Assembly: GCA_964057225.1 (NCBI GenBank)
Contig: OZ059899.1
Span: 4,402,001-4,466,000 of the forward strand
DNA length: 64,000 nt
Source: Auanema rhodensis
Taxonomy: Eukaryota > Animalia > Nematoda
Direction of reading: 5' to 3'
How positions within the stretch are numbered: position 1 is the first letter of the stretch; every line of letters starts with the position of its first letter. Below are positions 46,601-61,600 of the stretch, piece after piece. Both the position numbers and the translations under genes were made by a program. The notes beneath the pieces are model-generated. The model saw only the letters and a list, made by a program, of their open reading frames with translations. It was not told where the DNA came from and searched no databases.

Positions 46601-49600
46601 AATTATTTTGAAATTTTCCGAAAAAATTTTTGTCAAAATGTTTTTGGAAGCAATGTTGAGTGTACATGGAAACTCAACATACACTAATGCATCATTTTTC
46701 AAACGATCATAACTGATTTTTGTATTAAGCGTTTCTCAATGTAGTATAAGGCATTCGATGCGGATTTTTAAGCTGCGTCGATCTATGTTATCAGATTTGC
46801 GCTAGCTTAAAAATGCACCGAGATATCAACTGATATAAGTTTACACATATATCCTCGATTTTCACCCTGAAGAATGAATTTTTTCGTTGAATAACATTGT
46901 CCATCGTCTTTGCCTTGAAAAAAGGAATCTAAAAACATCTACTTTTTGCTAAATTATTTTGAAATTTTTCGAAAAAATTTTTGTCAAAATGTTTTTGGAA
47001 GCAATGTTGAGTGTACATGGAAACTCAACATACACTAATGCATCATTTTTCAAACGATCATAACTAATTTTTGTATTAAGCGTTTCTCAATGTAGTATAG
47101 TGCATTCGATGCGGATTTTTAAGCTGCGTCGATCTGTGTTATCAGATTTGCGCTAGCTTAAAAATGCACCGAGATATCAACTGATATAAGTTCACACTTA
47201 TATTCTCGATTTTCACCCTGAAGAATTAATTTTTTCGTTGAATAACATTGTCCATCGTCTTTGCCTTGAAAAAAGAAATCTAAAAACATCTACTTTTTGC
47301 TAAATAATTTTGAAATTTTCCGAAAAAATTTTTGTCAAAATGTTTTTGGAAGCAATGTTGAGTGTACATGGAAACTCAACATACACTAATGCATCATTTT
47401 TCAAACGATCATAACTGATTTTTGTATTAAGAGTTTCTCAATGTAGTATAGTGCATTCGATGCGGATTTTTAAGCTGCGTCGATCTGTGTTATCAGATTT
47501 GCGCTAGCTTAAAAATGCACCGAGATATCAACTGATATAAATTCACACATATATCCTCGATTTTCACCCTGAAGAATGAATTTTTTCGTAGAATAACATT
47601 GTCCATCGTCTTTGCCTTGAAAAAAGGAATCTAAAAACATCTACTTTTTGCTAAATTATTTTGAAATTTTTTGAAAAAATTTTTGTCAAAATGTTTTTGG
47701 AAGCAATGTTGAGTGTACATGGAAACTCAACATACACTAATGCATCATTTTTCAAACGATCATAACTAATTTTTGTATTAAGCGTTTCTCAATGTAGTAT
47801 AGTGCATTCGATGCGAATTTTTAAGCTGCGTCGATCCGTTTTATCAGATTTGCGCTAGCTTAAAAATGCACCGAGATATCAACTGATATAAGTTCACACT
47901 TACATTCTCGATTTTCACCCTGAAGAATGAATTTTTTCGTTGAATAACATTGTCCATCGTCTTTGCCTTGAAAAAAGGAATCTAAAAACATCTACTTTTT
48001 GCTAAATTATTTTGAAATTTTTCGAAAAAATTTTTGTCAAAATGTTTTTGGAAGCAATGTTGAGTGTACATGGAAACTCAACATACACTAATGCATCATT
48101 TTTCAAACGATCATAACTAATTTTTGTATTAAGCGTTTCTCAATGTAGTATAGTGCATTCGATGCGGATTTTTAAGCTGCGTCGATCTGTGTTATCAGAT
48201 TTGCGCTAGCTTAAAAATGCACCGAGATATCAACTGATATAAGTTCACACTTATATCCTCGATTTTCACCCTGAAGAATTAATTTTTTCGTTGAATAACA
48301 TTGTCCATCGTCTTTGCCTTGAAAAAAGAAATCTAAAAACATCTACTTTTTGCTAAATTATTTTGAAATTTTTCGAAAAAATTTTTGTCAAAATGTTTTT
48401 GGAAGCAATGTTGAGTGTACATGGAAACTCAACATACACTAATGCATCATTTTTCAAACGATCATAACTAATTTTTGTATTAAGCGTTTCTTAATGTAGT
48501 ATAGTGCATTCGATGCGGATTTTTAAGCTGCGTCGATCTGTGTTATCAGATTTGCGCTAGCTTAAAAATGCACCGAGATATCAACTGATATAAGTTCACA
48601 CTTATATTCTCGATTTTCACCCTGAAGAATTAATTTTTTCGTTGAATAACATTGTCCATCGTCTTTGCCTTGAAAAAAGAAATCTAAAAACATCTACTTT
48701 TTGCTAAATTATTTTGAAATTTTCCGAAAAAATTTTTGTCAAAATGTTTTTGGAAGCAATGTTGAGTGTACATGGAAACTCAACATACACTAATGCATCA
48801 TTTTTCAAACGATCATAACTGATTTTTGTATTAAGAGTTTCTCAATGTAGTATAGTGCATTCGATGCGGATTTTTAAGCTGCGTCGATCTGTGTTATCAG
48901 ATTTGCGCTAGCTTAAAAATGCACCGAGATATCAACTGATATAAATTCACACATATATCCTCGATTTTCACCCTGAAGAATTAATTTTTTCGTTGAATAA
49001 CATTGTCCATCGTCTTTGCCTTGAAAAAAGAAATCTAAAAACATCTACTTTTTGCTAAATTATTTTGAAATTTTCCGAAAAAATTTTTGTCAAAATGTTT
49101 TTGGAAGCAATGTTGAGTGTACATGGAAACTCAACATACACTAATGCATCATTTTTCAAACGATCATAACTGATTTTTGTATTAAGCGTTTCTCAATGTA
49201 GTATAAGGCATTCGATGCGGATTTTTAAGCTGCGTCGATCTATGTTATCAGATTTGCGCTAGCTTAAAAATGCACCGAGATATCAACTGATATAAGTTTA
49301 CACATATATCCTCGATTTTCACCCTGAAGAATGAATTTTTTCGTTGAATAACATTGTCCATCGTCTTTGCCTTGAAAAAAGGAATCTAAAAACATCTACT
49401 TTTTGCTAAATTATTTTGAAATTTTTCGAAAAAATTTTTGTCAAAATGTTTTTGGAAGCAATGTTGAGTGTACATGGAAACTCAACATACACTAATGCAT
49501 CATTTTTCAAACGATCATAACTAATTTTTGTATTAAGCGTTTCTCAATGTAGTATAGTGCATTCGATGCGGATTTTTAAGCTGCGTCGATCTGTGTTATC

Positions 49601-52600
49601 AGATTTGCGCTAGCTTAAAAATGCACCGAGATATCAACTGATATAAGTTCACACTTATATTCTCGATTTTCACCCTGAAGAATTAATTTTTTCGTTGAAT
49701 AACATTGTCCATCGTCTTTGCCTTGAAAAAAGAAATCTAAAAACATCTACTTTTTGCTAAATAATTTTGAAATTTTCCGAAAAAATTTTTGTCAAAATGT
49801 TTTTGGAAGCAATGTTGAGTGTACATGGAAACTCAACATACACTAATGCATCATTTTTCAAACGATCATAACTGATTTTTGTATTAAGAGTTTCTCAATG
49901 TAGTATAGTGCATTCGATGCGGATTTTTAAGCTGCGTCGATCTGTGTTATCAGATTTGCGCTAGCTTAAAAATGCACCGAGATATCAACTGATATAAATT
50001 CACACATATATCCTCGATTTTCACCCTGAAGAATGAATTTTTTCGTAGAATAACATTGTCCATCGTCTTTGCCTTGAAAAAAGGAATCTAAAAACATCTA
50101 CTTTTTGCTAAATTATTTTGAAATTTTTTGAAAAAATTTTTGTCAAAATGTTTTTGGAAGCAATGTTGAGTGTACATGGAAACTCAACATACACTAATGC
50201 ATCATTTTTCAAACGATCATAACTAATTTTTGTATTAAGCGTTTCTCAATGTAGTATAGTGCATTCGATGCGAATTTTTAAGCTGCGTCGATCCGTGTTA
50301 TCAGATTTGCGCTAGCTTAAAAATGCACCGAGATATCAACTGATATAAGTTCACACTTACATTCTCGATTTTCACCCTGAAGAATGAATTTTTTCGTTGA
50401 ATAACATTGTCCATCGTCTTTGCCTTGAAAAAAGGAATCTAAAAACATCTACTTTTTGCTAAATTATTTTGAAATTTTTCGAAAAAATTTTTGTCAAAAT
50501 GTTTTTGGAAGCAATGTTGAGTGTACATGGAAACTCAACATACACTAATGCATCATTTTTCAAACGATCATAACTAATTTTTGTATTAAGCGTTTCTCAA
50601 TGTAGTATAGTGCATTCGATGCGGATTTTTAAGCTGCGTCGATCTGTGTTATCAGATTTGCGCTAGCTTAAAAATGCACCGAGATATCAACTGATATAAG
50701 TTCACACTTATATTCTCGATTTTCACCCTGAAGAATTAATTTTTTCGTTGAATAACATTGTCCATCGTCTTTGCCTTGAAAAAATAAATCTAAAAACATC
50801 TACTTTTTGCTAAATTATTTTGAAATTTTCCGAAAAAATTTTTGTCAAAATGTTTTTGGAAGCAATGTTGAGTGTACATGGAAACTCAACATACACTAAT
50901 GCATCATTTTTCAAACGATCATAACTGATTTTTGTATTAAGAGTTTCTCAATGTAGTATAGTGCATTCGATGCGGATTTTTAAGCTGCGTCGATCTGTGT
51001 TATCAGATTTGCGCTAGCTTAAAAATGCACCGAGATATCAACTGATATAAATTCACACATATATCCTCGATTTTCACCCTGAAGAATTAATTTTTTCGTT
51101 GAATAACATTGTCCATCGTCTTTGCCTTGAAAAAAGAAATCTAAAAACATCTACTTTTTGCTAAATTATTTTGAAATTTTCCGAAAAAATTTTTGTCAAA
51201 ATGTTTTTGGAAGCAATGTTGAGTGTACATGGAAACTCAACATACACTAATGCATCATTTTTCAAACGATCATAACTAATTTTTGTATTAAGCGTTTCTC
51301 AATGTAGTATAGTGCATTCGATGCGGATTTTTAAGCTGCGTCGATCTGTGTTATCAGATTTGCGCTAGCTTAAAAATGCACCGAGATATCAACTGATATA
51401 TGTTCACACTTATATTCTCGATTTTCACCCTGAAGAATTAATTTTTTCGTTGAATAACATTGTCCATCGTCTTTGCCTTGAAAAAAGAAATCTAAAAACA
51501 TCTACTTTTTGCTAAATTATTTTGAAATTTTCCGAAAAAATTTTTGTCAAAATGTTTTTGGAAGCAATGTTGAGTGTACATGGAAACTCAACATACACTA
51601 ATGCATCATTTTTCAAACGATCATAACTGATTTTTGTATTAAGAGTTTCTCAATGTAGTATAGTGCATTCGATGCGGATTTTTAAGCTGCGTCGATCTGT
51701 GTTATCAGATTTGCGCTAGCTTAAAAATGCACCGAGATATCAACTGATATAAATTCACACATATATCCTCGATTTTCACCCTGAAGAATTAATTTTTTCG
51801 TTGAATAACATTGTCCATCGTCTTTGCCTTGAAAAAAGAAATCTAAAAACATCTACTTTTTGCTAAATTATTTTGAAATTTTCCGAAAAAATTTTTGTCA
51901 AAATGTTTTTGGAAGCAATGTTGAGTGTACATGGAAACTCAACATACACTAATGCATCATTTTTCAAACGATCATAACTGATTTTTGTATTAAGCGTTTC
52001 TCAATGTAGTATAGTGCATTCGATGCGGATTTTCAAGCTGCGTCGATCTGTGTTATCAGATTTGCGCTAGCTTAAAAATGCACCGAGATATCAACTGATA
52101 TAAGTTCACACTTACATTCTCGATTTTCACCCTGAAGAATGAATTTTTTCGTTGAATAACATTGTCCATCGTCTTTGCCTTGAAAAAAGGAATCTAAAAA
52201 CATCTACTTTTTGCTAAATTATTTTGAAATTTTTCGAAAAAATTTTTGTCAAAATGTTTTTGGAAGCAATGTTGAGTGTACATGGAAACTCAACATACAC
52301 TAATGCATCATTTTTCAAACGATCATAACTAATTTTTGTATTAAGCGTTTCTTAATGTAGTATAGTGCATTCGATGCGGATTTTTAAGCTGCGTCGATCT
52401 GTGTTATCAGATTTGCGCTAGCTTAAAAATGCACCGAGATATCAACTGATATAAGTTCACACTTATATTCTCGATTTTCACCCTGAAGAATTAATTTTTT
52501 CGTTGAATAACATTGTCCATCGTCTTTGCCTTGAAAAAAGAAATCTAAAAACATCTACTTTTTGCTAAATTATTATGAAATTTTCCGAAAAAATTTTTGT

Positions 52601-55600
52601 CAAAATGTTTTTGGAAGCAATGTTGAGTGTACATGGAAACTCAACATACACTAATGCATCATTTTTCAAACGATCATAACTGATTTTTGTATTAAGAGTT
52701 TCTCAATGTAGTATAAGGCATTCGATGCGGATTTTTAAGCTGCGTCGATCTGTGTTATCAGATTTGCGCTAGCTTAAAAATGCACCGAGATATCAACTGA
52801 TATAAGTTCACACTTATATTCTCGATTTTCACCCTGAAGAATTAATTTTTTCGTTGAATAACATTGTCCATCGTCTTTGCCTTGAAAAAAGAAATCTAAA
52901 AACATCTACTTTTTGCTAAATTATTTTGAAATTTTCCGAAAAAATTTTTGTCAAAATGTTTTTGGAAGCAATGTTGAGTGTACATGGAAACTCAACATAC
53001 ACTAATGCATCATTTTTCAAACGATCATAACTGATTTTTGTATTAAGAGTTTCTCAATGTAGTATAGTGCATTCGATGCGGATTTTTAAGCTGCGTCGAT
53101 CTGTGTTATCAGATTTGCGCTAGCTTAAAAATGCACCGAGATATCAACTGATATAAATTCACACATATATCCTCGATTTTCACCCTGAAGAATTAATTTT
53201 TTCGTTGAATAACATTGTCCATCGTCTTTGCCTTGAAAAAAGAAATCTAAAAACATCTACTTTTTGCTAAATTATTTTGAAATTTTCCGAAAAAATTTTT
53301 GTCAAAATGTTTTTGGAAGCAATGTTGAGTGTACATGGAAACTCAACATACACTAATGCATCATTTTTCAAACGATCATAACTGATTTTTGTATCAAGCG
53401 TTTCTCAATGTAGTATAGTGCATTCGATGCGGATTTTCAAGCTGCGTCGATCTGTGTTATCAGATTTGCGCTAGCTTAAAAATGCACCGAGATATCAACT
53501 GATATAAGTTCACACTTGTATCCTCGATTTTCACCCTGAACAATTATTTTTTTCGTTGAATAACATTGTCCATCGTCTTTGACTTGAAAAAAAGAAATCT
53601 AAAAACATCTACTTTTTGCTAAATTATTTTGAAATTTTCCGAAAAAATTTTTGTCAAAATGTTTTTGGAAGCAATGTTGAGTGTACATGGAAACTCAACA
53701 TACACTAATGCATCATTTTTCAAACGATCATAACTAATTTTTGTATTAAGCGTTTCTCAATGTAGTATAGTGCATTCGATGCGGATTTTTAAGCTGCGTC
53801 GATCCGTGTTATCAGATTTGCGCTAGCTTAAAAATGCACCGAGATATCAACAGATATATGTTCACACTTATATCCTCGATTTTCACCCTGAAGAATTAAT
53901 TTTTTCGTTGAAAAATATTGTCCATCGTCTTTGCCTTGAAAAAAGGAATCTAAAAACATCTACTTTTTGCTAAATTATTTTGAAATTTTTTGAAAAAATT
54001 TTTGTCAAAATGTTTTTGGAAGCAATGTTGAGTGTACATGGAAACTCAACATACACTAATGCATCATTTTTCAAACGATCATAACTGATTTTTGTATTAA
54101 GCGTTTCTCAATGTAGTATAAGGCATTCGATGCGGATTTTTAAGCTGCGTCGATCTATGTTATCAGATTTGCGCTAGCTTAAAAATGCACCGAGATATCA
54201 ACTGATATAAGTTCACACTTACATTCTCGATTTTCACCCTGAAGAATGAATTTTTTCGTTGAATAACATTGTCCATCGTCTTTGCCTTGAAAAAAGGAAT
54301 CTAAAAACATCTACTTTTTGCTAAATTATTTTGAAATTTTTCGAAAAAATTTTTGTCAAAATGTTTTTGGAAGCAATGTTGAGTGTACATGGAAACTCAA
54401 CATACACTAATGCATCATTTTTCAAACGATCATAACTAATTTTTGTATTAAGCGTTTCTCAATGTAGTATAGTGCATTCGATGCGGATTTTTAAGCTGCG
54501 TCGATCTGTGTTATCAGATTTGCGCTAGCTTAAAAATGCACCGAGATATCAACTGATATAAGTTCACACTTATATTCTCGATTTTCACCCTGAAGAATTA
54601 ATTTTTTCGTTGAATAACATTGTCCATCGTCTTTGCCTTGAAAAAAGAAATCTAAAAACATCTACTTTTTGCTAAATTATTTTGAAATTTTCCGAAAAAA
54701 TTTTTGTCAAAATGTTTTTGGAAGCAATGTTGAGTGTACATGGAAACTCAACATACACTAATGCATCATTTTTCAAACGATCATAACTGATTTTTGTATT
54801 AAGAGTTTCTCAATGTAGTATAGTGCATTCGATGCGGATTTTTAAGCTGCGTCGATCTGTGTTATCAGATTTGCGCTAGCTTAAAAATGCACCGAGATAT
54901 CAACTGATATAAATTCACACATAAATCCTCGATTTTCACCCTGAAGAATGAATTTTTTCGTTGAATAACATTGTCCATCGTCTTTGCCTTGAAAAAAGGA
55001 ATCTAAAAACATCTACTTTTTGCTAAATTATTTTGAAATTTTCCGAAAAAATTTTTGTCAAAATGTTTTTGGAAGCAATGTTGAGTGTACATGGAAACTC
55101 TACATACACTAATGCATCATTTTTCAAACGATCATAACTGATTTTTGTATTAAGCGTTTCTCAATGTAGTATAGTGCATTCGATGCGGATTTTTAAGCTG
55201 CGTCGATCTATGTTATCAGATTTGCGCTAGCTTAAAAATGCACCGAGATATCAACTGATATAAGTTTACACATATATCCTCGATTTTCACCCTGAAGAAT
55301 GAATTTTTTCGTTGAATAACATTGTCCATCGTCTTTGCCTTGAAAAAAGGAATCTAAAAACATCTACTTTTTGCTAAATTATTTTGAAATTTTTCGAAAA
55401 AATTTTTGTCAAAATGTTTTTGGAAGCAATGTTGAGTGTACATGGAAACTCAACATACACTAATGCATCATTTTTCAAACGATCATAACTGATTTTTGTA
55501 TTAAGCGTTTCTCAATGTAGTATAGTGCATTCGATGCGGATTTTCAAGCTGCGTCGATCTGTGTTATCAGATTTGCGCTAGCTTAAAAATGCACCGAGAT

Positions 55601-58600
55601 ATCAACTGATATAAGTTCACACTTGTATCCTCGATTTTCACCCTGAAGAATTAATTTTTTCGTTGAATAACATTGTCCATCGTCTTTGCCTTGAAAAAAG
55701 AAATCTAAAAACATCTACTTTTTGCTAAATTATTTTGAAATTTTCCGAAAAAATTTTTGTCAAAATGTTTTTGGAAGCAATGTTGAGTGTACATGGAAAC
55801 TCAACATACACTAATGCATCATTTTTCAAACGATCATAACTGATTTTTGTATTAAGAGTTTCTCAATGTAGTATAGTGCATTCGATGCGAATTTTAAGCT
55901 GCGTCGATCTGTGTTATCAGATTTGCGCTAGCTTAAAAATGCACCGAGATATCAACTGATATAAATTCACACATATATCCTCGATTTTCACCCTGAAGAA
56001 TTAATTTTTTCGTTGAATAACATTGTCCATCGTCTTTGCCTTGAAAAAAGAAATCTAAAAACATCTACTTTTTGCTAAATTATTTTGAAATTTTCCGAAA
56101 AAATTTTTGTCAAAATGTTTTTGGAAGCAATGTTGAGTGTACATGGAAACTCAACATACACTAATGCATCATTTTTCAAACGATCATAACTGATTTTTGT
56201 ATTAAGCGTTTCTCAATGTAGTATAGTGCATTCGATGCGGATTTTCAAGCTGCGTCGATCTGTGTTATCAGATTTGCGCTAGCTTAAAAATGCACCGAGA
56301 TATCAACTGATATAAATTCACACATATATCCTCGATTTTCACCCTGAAGAATTAATTTTTTCGTTGAATAACATTGTCCATCGTCTTTGCCTTGAAAAAA
56401 GAAATCTAAAAACATCTACTTTTTGCTAAATTATTTTGAAATTTTCCGAAAAAATTTTTGTCAAAATGTTTTTGGAAGCAATGTTGAGTGTACATGGAAA
56501 CTCAACATACACTAATGCATCATTTTTCAAACGATCATAACTGATTTTTGTATTAAGCGTTTCTCAATGTAGTATAGTGCATTCGATGCGGATTTTTAAG
56601 CTGCGTCGATCCGTGTTATCAGATTTGCGCTAGCTTAAAAATGCACCGAGATATCAACAGATATATGTTCACACTTATATCCTCGATTTTCACCCTGAAG
56701 AATTAATTTTTTCGTTGAAAAATATTGTCCATCGTCTTTGCCTTGAAAAAAGAAATCTAAAAACATCTACTTTTTGCTAAATTTATTTGAAATTTTTCGA
56801 AAAAATTTTTGTCAAAATGTTTTTGGAAGCAATGTTGAGTGTACATGGAAACTCAACATACACTAATGCATCATTTTTCAAACGATCATAACTGATTTTT
56901 GTATTAAGCGTTTCTCAATGTAGTATAGTGCATTCGATGCGGATTTTCAAGCTGCGTCGCTCTGTGTTATCAGATTTGCGCTAGCTTAAAAATGCACCGA
57001 GATATCAACTGATATAAGTTCACACTTGTATCCTCGATTTTCACCCTGAAGAATTAATTTTTTCGTTGAATAACATTGTCCATCGTCTTTGCCTTGAAAA
57101 AAGGAATCTAAAAACATCTACTTTTTGCTAAATGATTTTGAAATTTTTCGAAAAAATTTTTGTCAAAATGTTTTTGGAAGCAATGTTGAGTGTACATGGA
57201 AACTCAACATACACTAATGCATCATTTTTCAAACGATCATAACTAATTTTTGTATTAAGCGTTTCTCAATGTAGTATAGTGCATTCGATGCGGATTTTTA
57301 AGCTGCGTCGATCCGTGTTATCAGATTTGCTCTAGCTTAAAAATGCACCGAGATATCAACTGATATAAGTTCACACTTACATTCTCGATTTTCACCCTGA
57401 AGAATCAATTTTTTCGTTGAATAACATTGTCCATCGTCTTTGCCTTGAAAAAAGAAATCTAAAAACATCTACTTTTTGCTAAATTATTTTGAAATTTTCC
57501 GAAAAAATTTTTGTCAAAATGTTTTTGGAAGCAATGTTGAGTGTACATGGAAACTCAACATACACTAATGCATCATTTTTCAAACGATCATAACTGATTT
57601 TTGTATTAAGAGTTTCTCAATGTAGTATAGTGCATTCGATGCGGATTTTTAAGCTGCGTCGATCTGTGTTATCAGATTTGCGCTAGCTTAAAAATGCACC
57701 GAGATATCAACTGATATAAGTTCACACTTATATTCTCGATTTTCACCCTGAAGAATTAATTTTTTCGTTGAATAACATTGTCCATCGTCTTTGCCTTGAA
57801 AAAAGAAATCTAAAAACATCTACTTTTTGCTAAATTATTTTGAAATTTTCCGAAAAAATTTTTGTCAAAATGTTTTTGGAAGCAATGTTGAGTGTACATG
57901 GAAACTCAACATACACTAATGCATCATTTTTCAAACGATCATAACTGATTTTTGTATTAAGCGTTTCTCAATGTAGTATAGTGCATTCGATGCGGATTTT
58001 TAAGCTGCGTCGATCTATGTTATCAGATTTGCGCTAGCTTAAAAATGCACCGAGATATCAACTGATATAAGTTTACACATATATCCTCGATTTTCACCCT
58101 GAAGAATGAATTTTTTCGTTGAATAACATTGTCCATCGTCTTTGCCTTGAAAAAAGGAATCTAAAAACATCTACTTTTTGCTAAATTATTTTGAAATTTT
58201 TCGAAAAAATTTTTGTCAAAATGTTTTTGGAAGCAATGTTGAGTGTACATGGAAACTCAACATACACTAATGCATCATTTTTCAAACTATCATAACTAAT
58301 TTTTGTATTAAGCGTTTCTCAATGTAGTATAGTGCATTCGATGCGGATTTTTAAGCTGCGTCGATCTGTGTTATCAGATTTGCGCTAGCTTAAAAATGCA
58401 CCGAGATATCAACTGATATAAGTTCACACTTATATTCTCGATTTTCACCCTGAAGAATTAATTTTTTCGTTGAATAACATTGTCCATCGTCTTTGCCTTG
58501 AAAAAAGGAATCTAAAAACATCTACTTTTTGCTAAATGATTTTGAAATTTTTCGAAAAAATTTTTGTCAAAATGTTTTTGGAAGCAATGTTGAGTGTACA

Positions 58601-61600
58601 TGGAAACTCAACATACACTAATGCATCATTTTTCAAACGATCATAACTAATTTTTGTATTAAGCGTTTCTCAATGTAGTATAGTGCATTCGATGCGGATT
58701 TTTAAGCTGCGTCGATCCGTGTTATCAGATTTGCTCTAGCTTAAAAATGCACCGAGATATCAACTGATATAAGTTCACACTTACATTCTCGATTTTCACC
58801 CTGAAGAATCAATTTTTTCGTGTAATAACATTGTCCATCGTCTTTGCCTTGAAAAAAGGAATCTAAAAACATCTACTTTTTGCTAAATTATTTTGAAATT
58901 TTCCGAAAAAATTTTTGTCAAAATGTTTTTGGAAGCAATGTGGAGTGTACATGGAAACTCAACATACACTAATGCATCATTTTTCAAACGATCATAACTG
59001 ATTTTTGTATTAAGAGTTTCTCAATGTAGTATAGTGCATTCGATGCGGATTTTTAAGCTGCGTCGATCTGTGTTATCAGATTTGCGCTAGCTTAAAAATG
59101 CACCGAGATATCAACTGATATAAATTCACACATATATCCTCGATTTTCACCCTGAAGAATTAATTTTTTCGTTGAATAACATTGTCCATCGTCTTTGCCT
59201 TGAAAAAAGAAATCTAAAAACATCTACTTTTTGCTAAATTATTTTGAAATTTTCCGAAAAAATTTTTGTCAAAATGTTTTTGGAAGCAATGTTGAGTGTA
59301 CATGGAAACTCAACATACACTAATGCATCATTTTTCAAACGATCATAACTGATTTTTGTATTAAGCGTTTCTCAATGTAGTATAGTGCATTCGATGCGGA
59401 TTTTCAAGCTGCGTCGATCTGTGTTATCAGATTTGCGCTAGCTTAAAAATGCACCGAGATATCAACTGATATAAGTTCACACTTACATTCTCGATTTTCA
59501 CCCTGAAGAATGAATTTTTTCGTTGAATAACATTGTCCATCGTCTTTGCCTTAAAAAAAGGAATCTAAAAACATCTACTTTTTGCTAAATTATTTTGAAA
59601 TTTTTCGAAAAAATTTTTGTCAAAATGTTTTTGGAAGCAATGTTGAGTGTACATGGAAACTCAACATACACTAATGCATCATTTTTCAAACGATCATAAC
59701 TGATTTTTGTATTAAGCGTTTCTCAATGTAGTATAGTGCATTCGATGCGGATTTTCAAGCTGCGTCGATCTGTGTTATCAGATTTGCGCTAGCTTAAAAA
59801 TGCACCGAGATATCAACTGATATAAGTTCACACTTGTATCCTCGATTTTCACCCTGAAGAATTAATTTTTTCGTTGAATAACATTGTCCATCGTCTTTGC
59901 CTTGAAAAAAGAAATCTAAAAACATCTACTTTTTGCTAAATTATTTTGAAATTTTCCGAAAAAATTTTTGTCAAAATGTTTTTGGAAGCAATGTTGAGTG
60001 TACATGGAAACTCAACATACACTAATGCATCATTTTTCAAACGATCATAACTGATTTTTGTATTAAGAGTTTCTCAATGTAGTATAGTGCATTCGATGCG
60101 GATTTTTAAGCTGCGTCGATCTGTGTTATCAGATTTGCGCTAGCTTAAAAATGCACCGAGATATCAACTGATATAAATTCACACATATATCCTCGATTTT
60201 CACCCTGAAGAATTAATTTTTTCGTTGAATAACATTGTCCATCGTCTTTGCCTTGAAAAAAGAAATCTAAAAACATCTACTTTTTGCTAAATTATTTTGA
60301 AATTTTCCGAAAAAATTTTTGTCAAAATGTTTTTGGAAGCAATGTTGAGTGTACATGGAAACTCAACATACACTAATGCATCATTTTTCAAACGATCATA
60401 ACTGATTTTTGTATTAAGCGTTTCTCAATGTAGTATAGTGCATTCGATGCGGATTTTCAAGCTGCGTCGATCTGTGTTATCAGATTTGCGCTAGCTTAAA
60501 AATGCACCGAGATATCAACTGATATAAATTCACACATATATCCTCGATTTTCACCCTGAAGAATTAATTTTTTCGTTGAATAACATTGTCCATCGTCTTT
60601 GCCTTGAAAAAAGAAATCTAAAAACATCTACTTTTTGCTAAATTATTTTGAAATTTTCCGAAAAAATTTTTGTCAAAATGTTTTTGGAAGCAATGTTGAG
60701 TGTACATGGAAACTCAACATACACTAATGCATCATTTTTCAAACGATCATAACTGATTTTTGTATTAAGCGTTTCTCAATGTAGTATAGTGCATTCGATG
60801 CGGATTTTTAAGCTGCGTCGATCCGTGTTATCAGATTTGCGCTAGCTTAAAAATGCACCGAGATATCAACAGATATATGTTCACACTTATATCCTCGATT
60901 TTCACCCTGAAGAATTAATTTTTTCGTTGAATAACATTGTCCATCGTCTTTGCCTTGAAAAAAGAAATCTAAAAACATCTACTTTTTGCTAAATTATTTT
61001 GAAATTTTCCGAAAAAATTTTTGTCAAAATGTTTTTGGAAGCAATGTTGAGTGTACATGGAAACTCAACATACACTAATGCATCATTTTTCAAACGATCA
61101 TAACTGATTTTTGTATTAAGCGTTTCTCAATGTAGTATAGTGCGTTCGATGCGGATTTTCAAGCTGCGTCGCTCTGTGTTATCAGATTTGCTCTAGCTTA
61201 AAAATGCACCGAGATATCAACTGATATAAGTTCACACTTACATTCTCGATTTTCACCCTGAAGAATCAATTTTTTCGTTGAATAACATTGTCCATCGTCT
61301 TTGCCTTGAAAAAAGGAATCTAAAAACATCTACTTTTTGCTAAATTATTTTGAAATTTTCCGAAAAAATTTTTGTCAAAATGTTTTTGGAAGCAATGTTG
61401 AGTGTACATGGAAACTCAACATACACTAATGCATCATTTTTCAAACGATCATAACTGATTTTTGTATTAAGAGTTTCTCAATGTAGTATAGTGCATTCGA
61501 TGCGGATTTTTAAGCTGCGTCGATCTGTGTTATCAGATTTGCGCTAGCTTAAAAATGCACCGAGATATCAACTGATATAAGTTCACACTTATATTCTCGA